In this document: in pieces, positions 28,760 to 37,544 of the stretch
Layout: each line of letters starts with the position of its first letter
Position numbering within the stretch: position 1 is the first letter of the stretch
Assembly (NCBI GenBank): GCA_964560135.1
Contig: CAZLKN010000004.1
Coordinates: 26,997 to 90,996 of the forward strand
Origin: an uncultured Actinomycetes bacterium
Lineage (GTDB): Bacteria > Actinomycetota > JAICYB01
DNA: 64,000 nucleotides
Direction of reading: 5' to 3'
Notes under the pieces: model-generated
What the model saw: the letters and a program-made list of their open reading frames with translations, nothing else
Databases searched by the model: none
Told to the model about the DNA's origin: nothing
Position numbers and translations under genes: made by a program

Positions 28760-29794
28760 TCAGGCGCTCGCGGCCTGCGCGGTCTTCCCAGAGCCCATCG
28801 GCACCTTCACCCGCGTGACGATGCGGTCCACGACGGCCTCCACGGTCTCGTCGCGCAGCATCGCGTCGGGCGTCAGGATCAACCGGTGAGCGAGGACCGG
28901 CATCGCGAGGCTCTTGACGTCGTCGGGAAGCACGTCCTCGCGGCCCTGCGAGGCGGCCAGGACCCGCGATGCCCGCTGGAGTGCCAGCGCGGCACGGGTA
29001 CTGCCCCCGATCAACAGCCCCGGGTCGGTTCGCGTCGCCTGCACGAGATCGACGATGTAGAGCTTCACGGCCTCGGAGACCGTGACGTCGGCGGCCCAAT
29101 CGACCATGGCCACGACCTCGTCGCGGGAGACCGCCGAGCCGATGTCCTCGATGGCCTCGGTCTTGCGGTTCGCGTCCAGCACCTCGACCTCTGCCAGCCG
29201 GTCCAGGTAGCCGAGGGACAGCTTGAACAGGAACCGGTCGAGCTGGGCCTCCGGCAGTGGGAACGTACCTGCGAGCTCCACCGGGTTCTGGGTGGCGAGC
29301 ACGAAGAACGGCTTCGGGAGCGGGTGGGTGATGCCGTCGATCGTGACGTTGCGCTCCTGCATGGCCTCCAGCAGCGCCGCCTGCGTCTTCGGAGTGGCAC
29401 GGTTGATCTCGTCGGACAGGAACACGCTGGCGAAGATCGGGCCGGGCCGGAACACGAACTCGCCGGTCTTCCGGTCGAGGACGGGCGATCCGGTGACGTC
29501 ACCGGGCAGGAGGTCCGGGGTGCACTGGATCCGCGAGTACTCGGCGTCGATCGTCTTGGAGATCGCCCGGCAGAGCATCGTCTTACCGGTGCCGGGGAGG
29601 TCCTCGAACAACAGATGCCCGTTGGCGAACAGGCACGTCATCGCCAGCCGGACGATCTCGTCCTTGCCCTTGATGACCTGCTCGATGTTGTCCACGATCA
29701 ACTCGAAGCGGTCCCGGAACGCCTGACGGCTCAGACCCGCCTGGGCCTTCCCCTTCTTCGGTGACTTACGGGTACTCACAGCCACACCGATCAC
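28760..29794 (-). CDS. moxR: MoxR family AAA+ ATPase
   Basis: EDLPGTGKT, RIQCTPDLLPGDVTG, DEINRATPKTQAALLEAM, ATQNPVE, LPEAQLDRF; start may be GTG 29785. Confidence 0.96.
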   Translation of the reverse strand: MIGVAVSTRKSPKKGKAQAGLSRQAFRDRFELIVDNIEQVIKGKDEIVRLAMTCLFANGHLLFEDLPGTGKTMLCRAISKTIDAEYSRIQCTPDLLPGDVTGSPVLDRKTGEFVFRPGPIFASVFLSDEINRATPKTQAALLEAMQERNVTIDGITHPLPKPFFVLATQNPVELAGTFPLPEAQLDRFLFKLSLGYLDRLAEVEVLDANRKTEAIEDIGSAVSRDEVVAMVDWAADVTVSEAVKLYIVDLVQATRTDPGLLIGGSTRAALALQRASRVLAASQGREDVLPDDVKSLAMPVLAHRLILTPDAMLRDETVEAVVDRIVTRVKVPMGSGKTAQAASA

Positions 29795-29795
29795 C

Positions 29796-32700
29796 TCACC
29801 TCGTCTTCTTACGGTCGTTGGTCGACCTGGTCGTGTTCTTCTTCTTCTTCTTCTTCGCCTTCGCCGCCGGCTCGTCGTCCTCGTCGTCGTTGCCGGAAGT
29901 CGCGGGGGCCTCGACGCCGAGCATCGCCGCCAGACCCTTCCCGCCCGACCGTGAGACCACGGACTCCGACGCCGCCATGTAGGACTGCATGACCCGCGGG
30001 TCGTTCACGACCTCCCGCGGCGGACCCGTGGTCACCACCGCGCCGAGCTCCATGGCGATCATCCGGTGGGAGATGGAGGTGATCAGCGGCATATCGTGCT
30101 CGATGACCAGCAGCCCGGCCCCCGTCTCCTTGGCCAGCCGGACGAGCACCGGACCGAGCTCCTCGGTCTCCGCCTGGGCCAGACCGGAGGACGGCTCGTC
30201 CAGCAGCAGGATCCTGGGCTGGGCGGCCATGACACATGCGATGTCCACCGCACGACGGCTTCCGGTGGACAGCTCGTTGACGAACTTGTCGGCGTAGGCC
30301 TGGAGGCCGAGCAACTCGATCAATCCGTCGGCGCGCCGGTAGGCGCGGCGCTCGGCCTGGCGGAGCTTCGGCGCCCACACCGCGGCCATGAGGGGATTCT
30401 TGGCTTTCAGATGGCGCTCGAGGGCCACCACGATGTTCTCCCGGACCGTCATCGACGGGAACAGCCGGGTGTTCTGGAAGGACCGGCCGAGGCCGAGACG
30501 CGCCCGGGCGTCGGGTGAGAGCGTGGTGACGTCGGTGGCCTCGAGGAGGACCGAGCCGGTGTCGGGCGTGACGAACCCGGAGATCGCGTCGAACAGCGTG
30601 GTCTTCCCGGCCCCGTTGGGACCGATGATCCCCACGATCTCGGCGGCGCCGACGTCGAGACCCACGTCCCTGAGGGCGTGCACCCCGCCGAAGCTCACGC
30701 TCACGCCCTCCACGGTGAGGAGCCGCTCACGCTCTTCGCTGGCCTGCTGGTGAGCGCCGGATGTCCGGACGGGCCCTCCACTGGCGGTGCCGGAGACCGC
30801 GCCGCCCATGAACACCGCACGCACGAGCTCCGGGCGCCGCATGAGCTCCTCGGTGGAGCCGTCGAAGCGGATCTCACCCTTCTCCATGAACACCGCCCGC
30901 TCGGCGATGGTCACGGCCACGTTCAGCGACTGTTCGACGAGCAGGACCGTGGTGCCCTGCTCGTGGATCTGACGGAGGGTGTCCAGGAGCTGCTCCACGA
31001 TCTGCGGGGCGAGTCCGAGGGAGAGCTCGTCGATCATCAGCAGGCGCGGGCGCATCAGGAACGCCTGACCGAGCGCGACCATCTGCTGCTCACCACCGGA
31101 CAGGTTCCCCGCCGGCTGATGCAGCCGCTCGCGCAGGATCGGGAAGAAGTCGAGGACCTGTTCAGTCCTCTCCTTCACGTAGGACTCTTCGCTGCGGTAC
31201 ATCCAGGCCGCCGTGCGCAGGTTCTCCTCGACGGTGAGCGTGGGGAACACGGCGTGGCCACCGGGCACCATGACGATGCCGTTGGCGGCGTTCTCGTGCG
31301 GCGGCACATGGGTGATGTCGTGGCCGTCGAGGAAGATCGCGCCGTTGGAGGCCTCCTGGATACCGGCGATCGCACGCAGGAGGGTCGACTTCCCGGCACC
31401 GTTGGTTCCCATCACGGCGACGATCTCGCCTTCCTCCACGTCGAAGTCCACGCTGAAGAGCACCTGGACGCTGTCGTAGGTGACGTCCACGTCGCGGCAG
31501 ATGATCATCTTGCGCCGGCCCCGGGCCTTGGCCCGGCGGGCCTCCTCGTCGGCCATGCTGGCCGCCCGGGCCGCCCGGATGTCCCGATCGACGCCGAACG
31601 ACGAGGTGCTGAGGATGAACGCCCCGATCAGGTACACGGGGATGAACATCAGCATCCCGCGGCGAAGCCCCCAGTTGTCGACCATCGGCGCGATGAACAT
31701 GATGTTGAACAGCAGCCCGATGATCTGCCAGGGCGCGATGGTCTGGAGACCGAGCCCCCGGATCCGGGGCGGGACCACCAGGGAGATCAGCGTGGCCAGG
31801 GCGGGCTGGAAGGCGGTGCCGATGAAGCCGATCGGCAGGCTCACGATGATCGAGAGCCAGAGGTTGCCGGAGAACGCGAGCACGGCCACCGTGCCGGCGT
31901 TGAGCACGAGCAGCCCGCCGAGGAACGCCATCACGCGACCGGGCTTGAAGGCGAGGAGCCGGTCGGCCAGCGGGCCGGCGAACAGGAGTCCGGTGATGGA
32001 GAAGAGCCCGGACCCGGTGGCGATGTAGCCACGTGCCCGGGGGCCGAGCCCGAACTCCTCGGCAAAGTACAACCCGACGAACAACCCGATCACCGTCCCG
32101 GAGATCTGGAGGAACGGGGTCGCGTACCACAGGCGCCGCAGGGTGGTGATCGACTTCGCGGCGCGCCAGGCCTCCGCCCAGCTCACGGGCTTCTGCTCGG
32201 TGGTGGCGACCTCCTCGTCGGCCCCCATCTCCTTGCGCTCCTGGTAGCCGCGGACCGGTTCCTTGAGGAAGAAGAGCGCGAAGGTCACGGCTGTCGCGAT
32301 GGCACCGAGGGCGATGACCGACACCCGCCAGGTGAACCACTCGGCGAGGTTCCCGGCGATCGTCGGGCCCAGCAGCGCACCCACACCGCCCATCAGGCCG
32401 AGGAATGCGAACACGCGGGCGCGGCTGCGCGACGGGAAGTAGTCGGCCAGCAGCGGGAAGCCCGCCGGTCCCGCCACAGACGCTCCGACGCCGGCCAGGG
32501 TGCGACCAGCCACGAGCTGGGGAACGCTGCCGGCCGCCCCCTGCAGGACCGAGGCGGCGTTGGCGACCAGGTTCCCGATCCGCAGCATCCACACGCGGGA
32601 CACCCGGTCGGCCATGAATCCCAGCGGCGGGGCGAGCAGGATCATCACGATGCCGAGGAGCGATCCCAGCGTGATGAGGAACTGGAGGCTGAAGGCGAAC

Positions 32701-33107
32701 TCGGCGCGCATCTCGGGCAGGAGGACGTCCAGGGCGATGTTGTCCCACTGGGTGATCATCCCCATGAGCCCGAGCAGGATCAGCGGCATCTTGGGCCCGC
32801 CGATCTTCCGGGGGTCGAGGTCGGCGATGAGGCCGGCGATGGTTTCCTTCAGCGGCTTCCGCGGCGCGTCGCCCTCGATCGGCGTGAACTCGTAGTCCTC
32901 GGCCCGGACGCCGAGCTCCTGCTCCCGTTCCGACGGCACCAGGTTGCGAGGCCGCACCGAGGCCGCCAGCTCCTGGTCGACACCCCCGGTCACCGCGGTG
33001 TCGGCTTCGGCCAGGGCGTCGGCCTCCACGTGTCGGGGAAGCGGCTCCGATCCGAGACCGCCGGTCTCCTCGACCGGGCGAGTCAGGTCTTCTTTCCCTT
33101 TAGACAC
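29796..33107 (-). CDS. Fusion protein: MFS transporter + LivF-type ATPase + LivG-type ATPase
   Basis: MFS motif-A-like GFMADRVSR and GPLADRL, about 12 TMs; NBD1 GTNGAGKST/LSGGEQQ/LLMIDE/VEQ; NBD2 GPNGAGKTT/LSTGSRR/LLLDEP/IEHD. Confidence 0.9.
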   Translation of the reverse strand: MSKGKEDLTRPVEETGGLGSEPLPRHVEADALAEADTAVTGGVDQELAASVRPRNLVPSEREQELGVRAEDYEFTPIEGDAPRKPLKETIAGLIADLDPRKIGGPKMPLILLGLMGMITQWDNIALDVLLPEMRAEFAFSLQFLITLGSLLGIVMILLAPPLGFMADRVSRVWMLRIGNLVANAASVLQGAAGSVPQLVAGRTLAGVGASVAGPAGFPLLADYFPSRSRARVFAFLGLMGGVGALLGPTIAGNLAEWFTWRVSVIALGAIATAVTFALFFLKEPVRGYQERKEMGADEEVATTEQKPVSWAEAWRAAKSITTLRRLWYATPFLQISGTVIGLFVGLYFAEEFGLGPRARGYIATGSGLFSITGLLFAGPLADRLLAFKPGRVMAFLGGLLVLNAGTVAVLAFSGNLWLSIIVSLPIGFIGTAFQPALATLISLVVPPRIRGLGLQTIAPWQIIGLLFNIMFIAPMVDNWGLRRGMLMFIPVYLIGAFILSTSSFGVDRDIRAARAASMADEEARRAKARGRRKMIICRDVDVTYDSVQVLFSVDFDVEEGEIVAVMGTNGAGKSTLLRAIAGIQEASNGAIFLDGHDITHVPPHENAANGIVMVPGGHAVFPTLTVEENLRTAAWMYRSEESYVKERTEQVLDFFPILRERLHQPAGNLSGGEQQMVALGQAFLMRPRLLMIDELSLGLAPQIVEQLLDTLRQIHEQGTTVLLVEQSLNVAVTIAERAVFMEKGEIRFDGSTEELMRRPELVRAVFMGGAVSGTASGGPVRTSGAHQQASEERERLLTVEGVSVSFGGVHALRDVGLDVGAAEIVGIIGPNGAGKTTLFDAISGFVTPDTGSVLLEATDVTTLSPDARARLGLGRSFQNTRLFPSMTVRENIVVALERHLKAKNPLMAAVWAPKLRQAERRAYRRADGLIELLGLQAYADKFVNELSTGSRRAVDIACVMAAQPRILLLDEPSSGLAQAETEELGPVLVRLAKETGAGLLVIEHDMPLITSISHRMIAMELGAVVTTGPPREVVNDPRVMQSYMAASESVVSRSGGKGLAAMLGVEAPATSGNDDEDDEPAAKAKKKKKKNTTRSTNDRKKTR

Positions 33108-35430
33108 TCTCGGTCTCCGTGCTCGACGATGGCCCGAAGGTCCGCTGCTCTTCCTGTTCTGCTTCGGCTTCCTTGCGTTCCTCGGTGCCGTCGCGGTGGA
33201 GGTTCGCGTGGAGGACGGTCTCTCCGGTCAGGCCCAGCGCCCACTGGTCCTCGAGCCGGTACCTGCTGGGGACGAACACCGCTCCTCCACCGGGACGCAT
33301 CTTCGGAGCGATCGCGGCACGCTCGGACAGCAGCACCTCGGCCTTCTGGTCGGCCACGAGGCTCGGTACGAGGATCCGGTACCGCTTGGCCACGCGGCGG
33401 AGCAGCGAGTCGCGGAGTCCGAAGACGAGCGACGACAGGCCGCCGGGGATGAGCATCAGCACGATCAGACCGCCTCCACCGCTGGCGATGAAGATGACGA
33501 TCGGGTTCGAGGTGAACAGCGTCAGCGCGGCGAAATAGGTGGTCCCGAGCAGCGGTCCGGCGACGGCGCCGAACCCACCGATCACCGCGATCAGGAACAT
33601 CGTCACGCTCTGTTCCGGCGGGTAGGCGGTGGCCTGGACGCCGAACTGCGAGTACGCGAAGAGCGCACCAGCGAGGGCCGCGACGAACCCCGAGATCGCG
33701 AAGGCTCCGAGCCGGGCCCGGACGAGGTTGATCCCGAAGGATTGGGCGGCCTGTTCGTTGTCACGCGACGCGATCAGTGCACGGGCGGTGCGGCTGCGGC
33801 GCAGGCCGACGATGGCCGCCACGACCGCCACGAGGAAGAACATCGTGAAGTAGTAGAAGACCCGCTGGTCCTCCATCTCCATGCCGAGGAGCGTCGGTCG
33901 CTCGAGGCTGTCGGGCAGGTGCTTGCCGAGGAACCGGGGGTTGAGAAGGATCGCGGAGGTACTCAGCGCGAAGGCGAGCGTCATGATCGCCAGATGCAAG
34001 CCCCGGAGCTTGAGGGCGGGGAGACCGATCAGCACCGCCACAACGGCCCCCGCCAGCGCCGCGGCCACGATGGCCAAGGGCCAGGGCCAGCCCAGGTATG
34101 CGGCGACGTAGCCGCCGACGGCGGCGAAGGCGAACTGTCCGAGGCTGATCTGACCGGCCCATCCCGTGAGCACGAGCAGGGACAAACCGATCATCCCGTA
34201 GATCATGTACACGGCCATGAGGTTGGTCTGGCTCGGAGACAGCACCCACGGCAGCCCGAGCGCGACGACCACCAGGACCGCCCAGCCGTTGCGGACCCAT
34301 CGTTTGACCACAGCCAGGTGGGCCAGTTCCTTAGGGATCGGCCGGATCTCACGATCCGCCTTCCACGCGCTCGCCTGCTCGATCTCCGCCCGGGAGGCCT
34401 GGTAACGCTGCAGCAGAAGCACGGTGGCGAGGATCAGCAGGAAGACCCCGTCGAGGGCGACCGTGGACCCGAACGACCACAGCACCGACTGCTCGAGGAC
34501 CCCGAAGACCACCGCCGCCGCCGCGGTCATGGGCAGGCTCACCATCCGGGCGATCACAGCCACGGCCAGGATCTTGACCATCGTGCTCACGTTCAGCGAC
34601 GACTCGCCCTGGGCCCCCACCGACATCGCCGTCAGCAGGCCCGCGGTCGCCGACAGCGCACCCGCGGCGATCCACACGCGGCTCGTGACCTTGTCGACGT
34701 TCACCCCGAGGGTGGCGACCCGGCTCGGGTTCTCGGCAGCGGCCCGGATCGCGATGCCGGTGCTCGACCGCCGGAAGTAGAGCATCAGACCGCCGATGAA
34801 CAGCAGCCCGATGAGGACCGTGAGGATGTCGGGGGTGTGGAAGGTCGCGGGAGAGATCTCGACCTGCCAGTCGAATGGGGCCCCCACCGCTCCGAGCTGG
34901 AGGCCGGCCTCCTGCTGCTCCTCGGTCGTGAGCTGGTTGGGGATCATGCCCTGGAAGCCGCCGAGGAGCTGCGCCAGGAAGATCGTGGCCACGGTGAGGA
35001 CCAGGCGTGGAGCGTTGGAGAACCGCTTCACCACGAAGACGTAGATCGCGTACGCGAGGACGAGCGCGAGGACGAAGGACAGGATGAGGGAGAAGTAGTA
35101 GTTGAACCGGTACAGCCCCGGCGTGACCCGCTCGATGCACGGCGGGCAGACCGCCCTCACCAGCCGGAACAGCGGCATGTACTGGACCATCACCACGAAG
35201 AAGGTCGCGGCGACGACACCGATCTGCACTTGGGCGAAGTTGATGATCCGGTTCGCGCGGTAGACGAGGACCACACCGATCGCGTGGAGGGCGATCGTCG
35301 CGCCTCCCACGACCCCGAGTGCCCTGATCCCCGGTGGAACGCCGCCCTCGAAGAACTGGATGCTCAGCAGGATGACGACGAGCGCCAGGACGTCGTTGCG
35401 CTCCCGGAGGATCCTCAGCGCCTGGACCAT
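33100..35430 (-). CDS. Fused LivH-LivM (HAAT/branched-chain amino acid-type) ABC permease
   Basis: IGVVLVYRANRIINFAQ, GIAIRAAAEN...TLGVN (LivH half); LTGWAGQISLGQ, LRGLHLAIMTLAF, RDNEQAAQSFGIN (LivM half). Confidence 0.93.
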   Translation of the reverse strand: MVQALRILRERNDVLALVVILLSIQFFEGGVPPGIRALGVVGGATIALHAIGVVLVYRANRIINFAQVQIGVVAATFFVVMVQYMPLFRLVRAVCPPCIERVTPGLYRFNYYFSLILSFVLALVLAYAIYVFVVKRFSNAPRLVLTVATIFLAQLLGGFQGMIPNQLTTEEQQEAGLQLGAVGAPFDWQVEISPATFHTPDILTVLIGLLFIGGLMLYFRRSSTGIAIRAAAENPSRVATLGVNVDKVTSRVWIAAGALSATAGLLTAMSVGAQGESSLNVSTMVKILAVAVIARMVSLPMTAAAAVVFGVLEQSVLWSFGSTVALDGVFLLILATVLLLQRYQASRAEIEQASAWKADREIRPIPKELAHLAVVKRWVRNGWAVLVVVALGLPWVLSPSQTNLMAVYMIYGMIGLSLLVLTGWAGQISLGQFAFAAVGGYVAAYLGWPWPLAIVAAALAGAVVAVLIGLPALKLRGLHLAIMTLAFALSTSAILLNPRFLGKHLPDSLERPTLLGMEMEDQRVFYYFTMFFLVAVVAAIVGLRRSRTARALIASRDNEQAAQSFGINLVRARLGAFAISGFVAALAGALFAYSQFGVQATAYPPEQSVTMFLIAVIGGFGAVAGPLLGTTYFAALTLFTSNPIVIFIASGGGGLIVLMLIPGGLSSLVFGLRDSLLRRVAKRYRILVPSLVADQKAEVLLSERAAIAPKMRPGGGAVFVPSRYRLEDQWALGLTGETVLHANLHRDGTEERKEAEAEQEEQRTFGPSSSTETESV

Positions 35431-35599
35431 CGGTCCCTAACCCCGTCCGACCCCATCTTCACAGCTCCCGACCCTCTCGACCATTGAATCCTGGACGATC
35501 CGATCCGATCCCATGTGGCACGCGCCCTTCGAGGCCGGCCACCTCTCCCCTCGCCGGGACCGCCCGCCCTCTCGACGCCCGTCGAGACGACCTGCCGAC

Positions 35600-35720
35600 C
35601 CCGATTACATGTCCACTAATGATAGAAGATGATATAGGCTCCCGCGGCGGTTGGCGAGTCCGACCTTCCGCCCACCGCAGCGGCCCCGCTCCGATTTAGT
35701 TCATATACCATCCCAATCCC
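35600..35720 (-). promoter_or_regulatory. AT-rich probable promoter region of the livHM-MFS/ABC-moxR operon
   Basis: AT-rich patches (ACTAATGATAGAAGATGATATAG; TTTAGTTCATATACC) in a 347-bp intergenic gap. Confidence 0.4.
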
Positions 35721-35777
35721 GTTCCGCGAGGCGCGCGCGCGGCCCTCGAGCCTAGCCACACGGCATATACGGGCGCC

Positions 35778-37544
35778 TCAGGCGCGCAGGTCCTCGGCCA
35801 GCATCGGGTCGTCCACGGACCGTACCCATCGGGCGAACGCGCCCCCCGCGGCCATGAGTTCCGCCGGAGACCCGGCCTCCAGGATGCGGCCCCCCTCGAG
35901 CATCACGACGCGGTCGGCGCGCAGCGCCGTGCGGAGACGGTGAGCGATGACGACCGCCGTCCTGCCGGCCAGCAGCGTCCGCAGGGCCTCCTCCACCACG
36001 GCCTCGGTGGCGGGATCCAGGCTCGAGGTCGCCTCGTCCAGGATCAGGATCCGGGGACCGGCGAGGAAGGCCCGGGCAAGCGCCACGAGCTGGCGCTGCC
36101 CGGCCGAGAGCGACAGCCCCCGGTTGGCCACCTCGGTGTCCAGTCCGCCGGCGAGGGACGCCAGGGCCCGCTCGAGCCCGATCGCCGAAGCGGCCTCCTC
36201 GATCTCCTCGTGCGCGGCCTCGGGACGGGCGGCGGCGATGTTGTCGGCGATGGTTCCGTCGAACAGGAACCCTTCCTGGGGGACGAGCGCCAAGTGGCGC
36301 CGAAGCGACTCGCCGGTGACGCGGCTGACGTCCTGGCCGTCGATCAGGATGCGGCCGGAGGTGAGCTCGTAGAAACGCGCCATCAGCTTGGCGATCGTGG
36401 ACTTCCCGGCGCCGCTCCCGCCGACCAGCGCGACCCGCTCGCCGGGCGCGATCGTGAGGTCCACGTCCTGGATGACCAGTGGCTGACCGGGCCCGTACCG
36501 GAACGAGACTCCCTCGAGGCGCACTTCGCCAGGGCCGGGCTCCAGCGGCCGGGCGTCGGCGGCGTCGGAGACGCGTGGTTGCTCGTCCTGGAAGGCGAAC
36601 ACCTTGGCGAAGGACGCCGCCGCCGCTTGGAGGAGGTGCGCGAGCTCCGTGAACTGCTGGATCGGCTGGAAGAGCCGTCCGACGTAGAGGGTGAACGCCA
36701 CCACGACACCGACGGGGACCCGTCCGTCCACCGCGAGCAGGGCGCCGTAGCCGAGCACCGCCGCGAGGGCCACCGGGTGGAGGAACTCCACGATCGGGTA
36801 ATAGCGGGCGCTCACGCGGGCCATGCCCATCCGGGCGCGGTAGGCGTCCTCGTTGACCTCCCCGAAGGCCCGGCGCTGGGCTTCCTCCACGTTGTAGGCC
36901 TGGACGACCCGGATCCCGATCAGCGACTCGTTGAGCCGGGTCAGAAGGTTGGCGACGCTGTCCCGCACTTCGAGCTGGGCCGCGAACGCCTGCCGCTGGA
37001 ACACGATCGTGGCCATGAGGAGCGGCGGCACGATCAGCAGGGCCACCAGCGTCAGGGGGACCGAGAGCGTAACCATCAACACGATCGTGAGCACCAGGAC
37101 GAGGAGGGCCTCCACGAGCAGCGCCAGACCGCCGCCCACGAACTGCTGGAGGTTCTCGACATCAGAGGTGAGGCGTGAGACGAGCCGGCCGGAGCGCTCC
37201 CGCGTGAAGAAGTCGAGATCGAGCGCGAACAGGTGGTCGAGGAGACGGCTGCGCAGATCCCGCATGTACTCCTGCGCGAAGCGGCCCATCGTCCGCACCT
37301 GCACGTAGACCGCTCCGCCCTGGACCAGGAGCAGACCGAGGTAGGCGAGAGCGGACCCGAGTATCCAGATCCCCTGGCCGGCGACCACGCCGCGGTCGAT
37401 CGCGACCCCCACGAGAACCGGGGTGAGCGACGCGCAGACCGTCTGGACCACCGTGGCACCCACGCCGAGTCCCGCGGTGCGTCGGTACGGCCGGAACTCG
37501 GCCAGCACCCGCTTGAGGGGAGGCTTCCTCGGGAAGTCGGTCAC
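35778..37544 (-). CDS. Type IV ABC exporter half-transporter (TMD+NBD)
   Basis: TMD, GGSGAGKST, LSAGQRQ, LILDEATS, IAHR. Confidence 0.93.
   Translation of the reverse strand: MTDFPRKPPLKRVLAEFRPYRRTAGLGVGATVVQTVCASLTPVLVGVAIDRGVVAGQGIWILGSALAYLGLLLVQGGAVYVQVRTMGRFAQEYMRDLRSRLLDHLFALDLDFFTRERSGRLVSRLTSDVENLQQFVGGGLALLVEALLVLVLTIVLMVTLSVPLTLVALLIVPPLLMATIVFQRQAFAAQLEVRDSVANLLTRLNESLIGIRVVQAYNVEEAQRRAFGEVNEDAYRARMGMARVSARYYPIVEFLHPVALAAVLGYGALLAVDGRVPVGVVVAFTLYVGRLFQPIQQFTELAHLLQAAAASFAKVFAFQDEQPRVSDAADARPLEPGPGEVRLEGVSFRYGPGQPLVIQDVDLTIAPGERVALVGGSGAGKSTIAKLMARFYELTSGRILIDGQDVSRVTGESLRRHLALVPQEGFLFDGTIADNIAAARPEAAHEEIEEAASAIGLERALASLAGGLDTEVANRGLSLSAGQRQLVALARAFLAGPRILILDEATSSLDPATEAVVEEALRTLLAGRTAVVIAHRLRTALRADRVVMLEGGRILEAGSPAELMAAGGAFARWVRSVDDPMLAEDLRA

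Noticed and set aside
29836-29856. (TTC)7 microsatellite as a phase-variation tract
   Set aside because: In-frame triplet encoding a poly-Lys tail; slippage would not shift the frame
26263-35487. Very long plus-strand ORFs (26263-28818, 30678-33452, 32944-35487) and similar antisense ORFs elsewhere
   Set aside because: They mirror well-supported minus-strand genes, carry no motifs, and are expected in high-GC DNA where stops are rare
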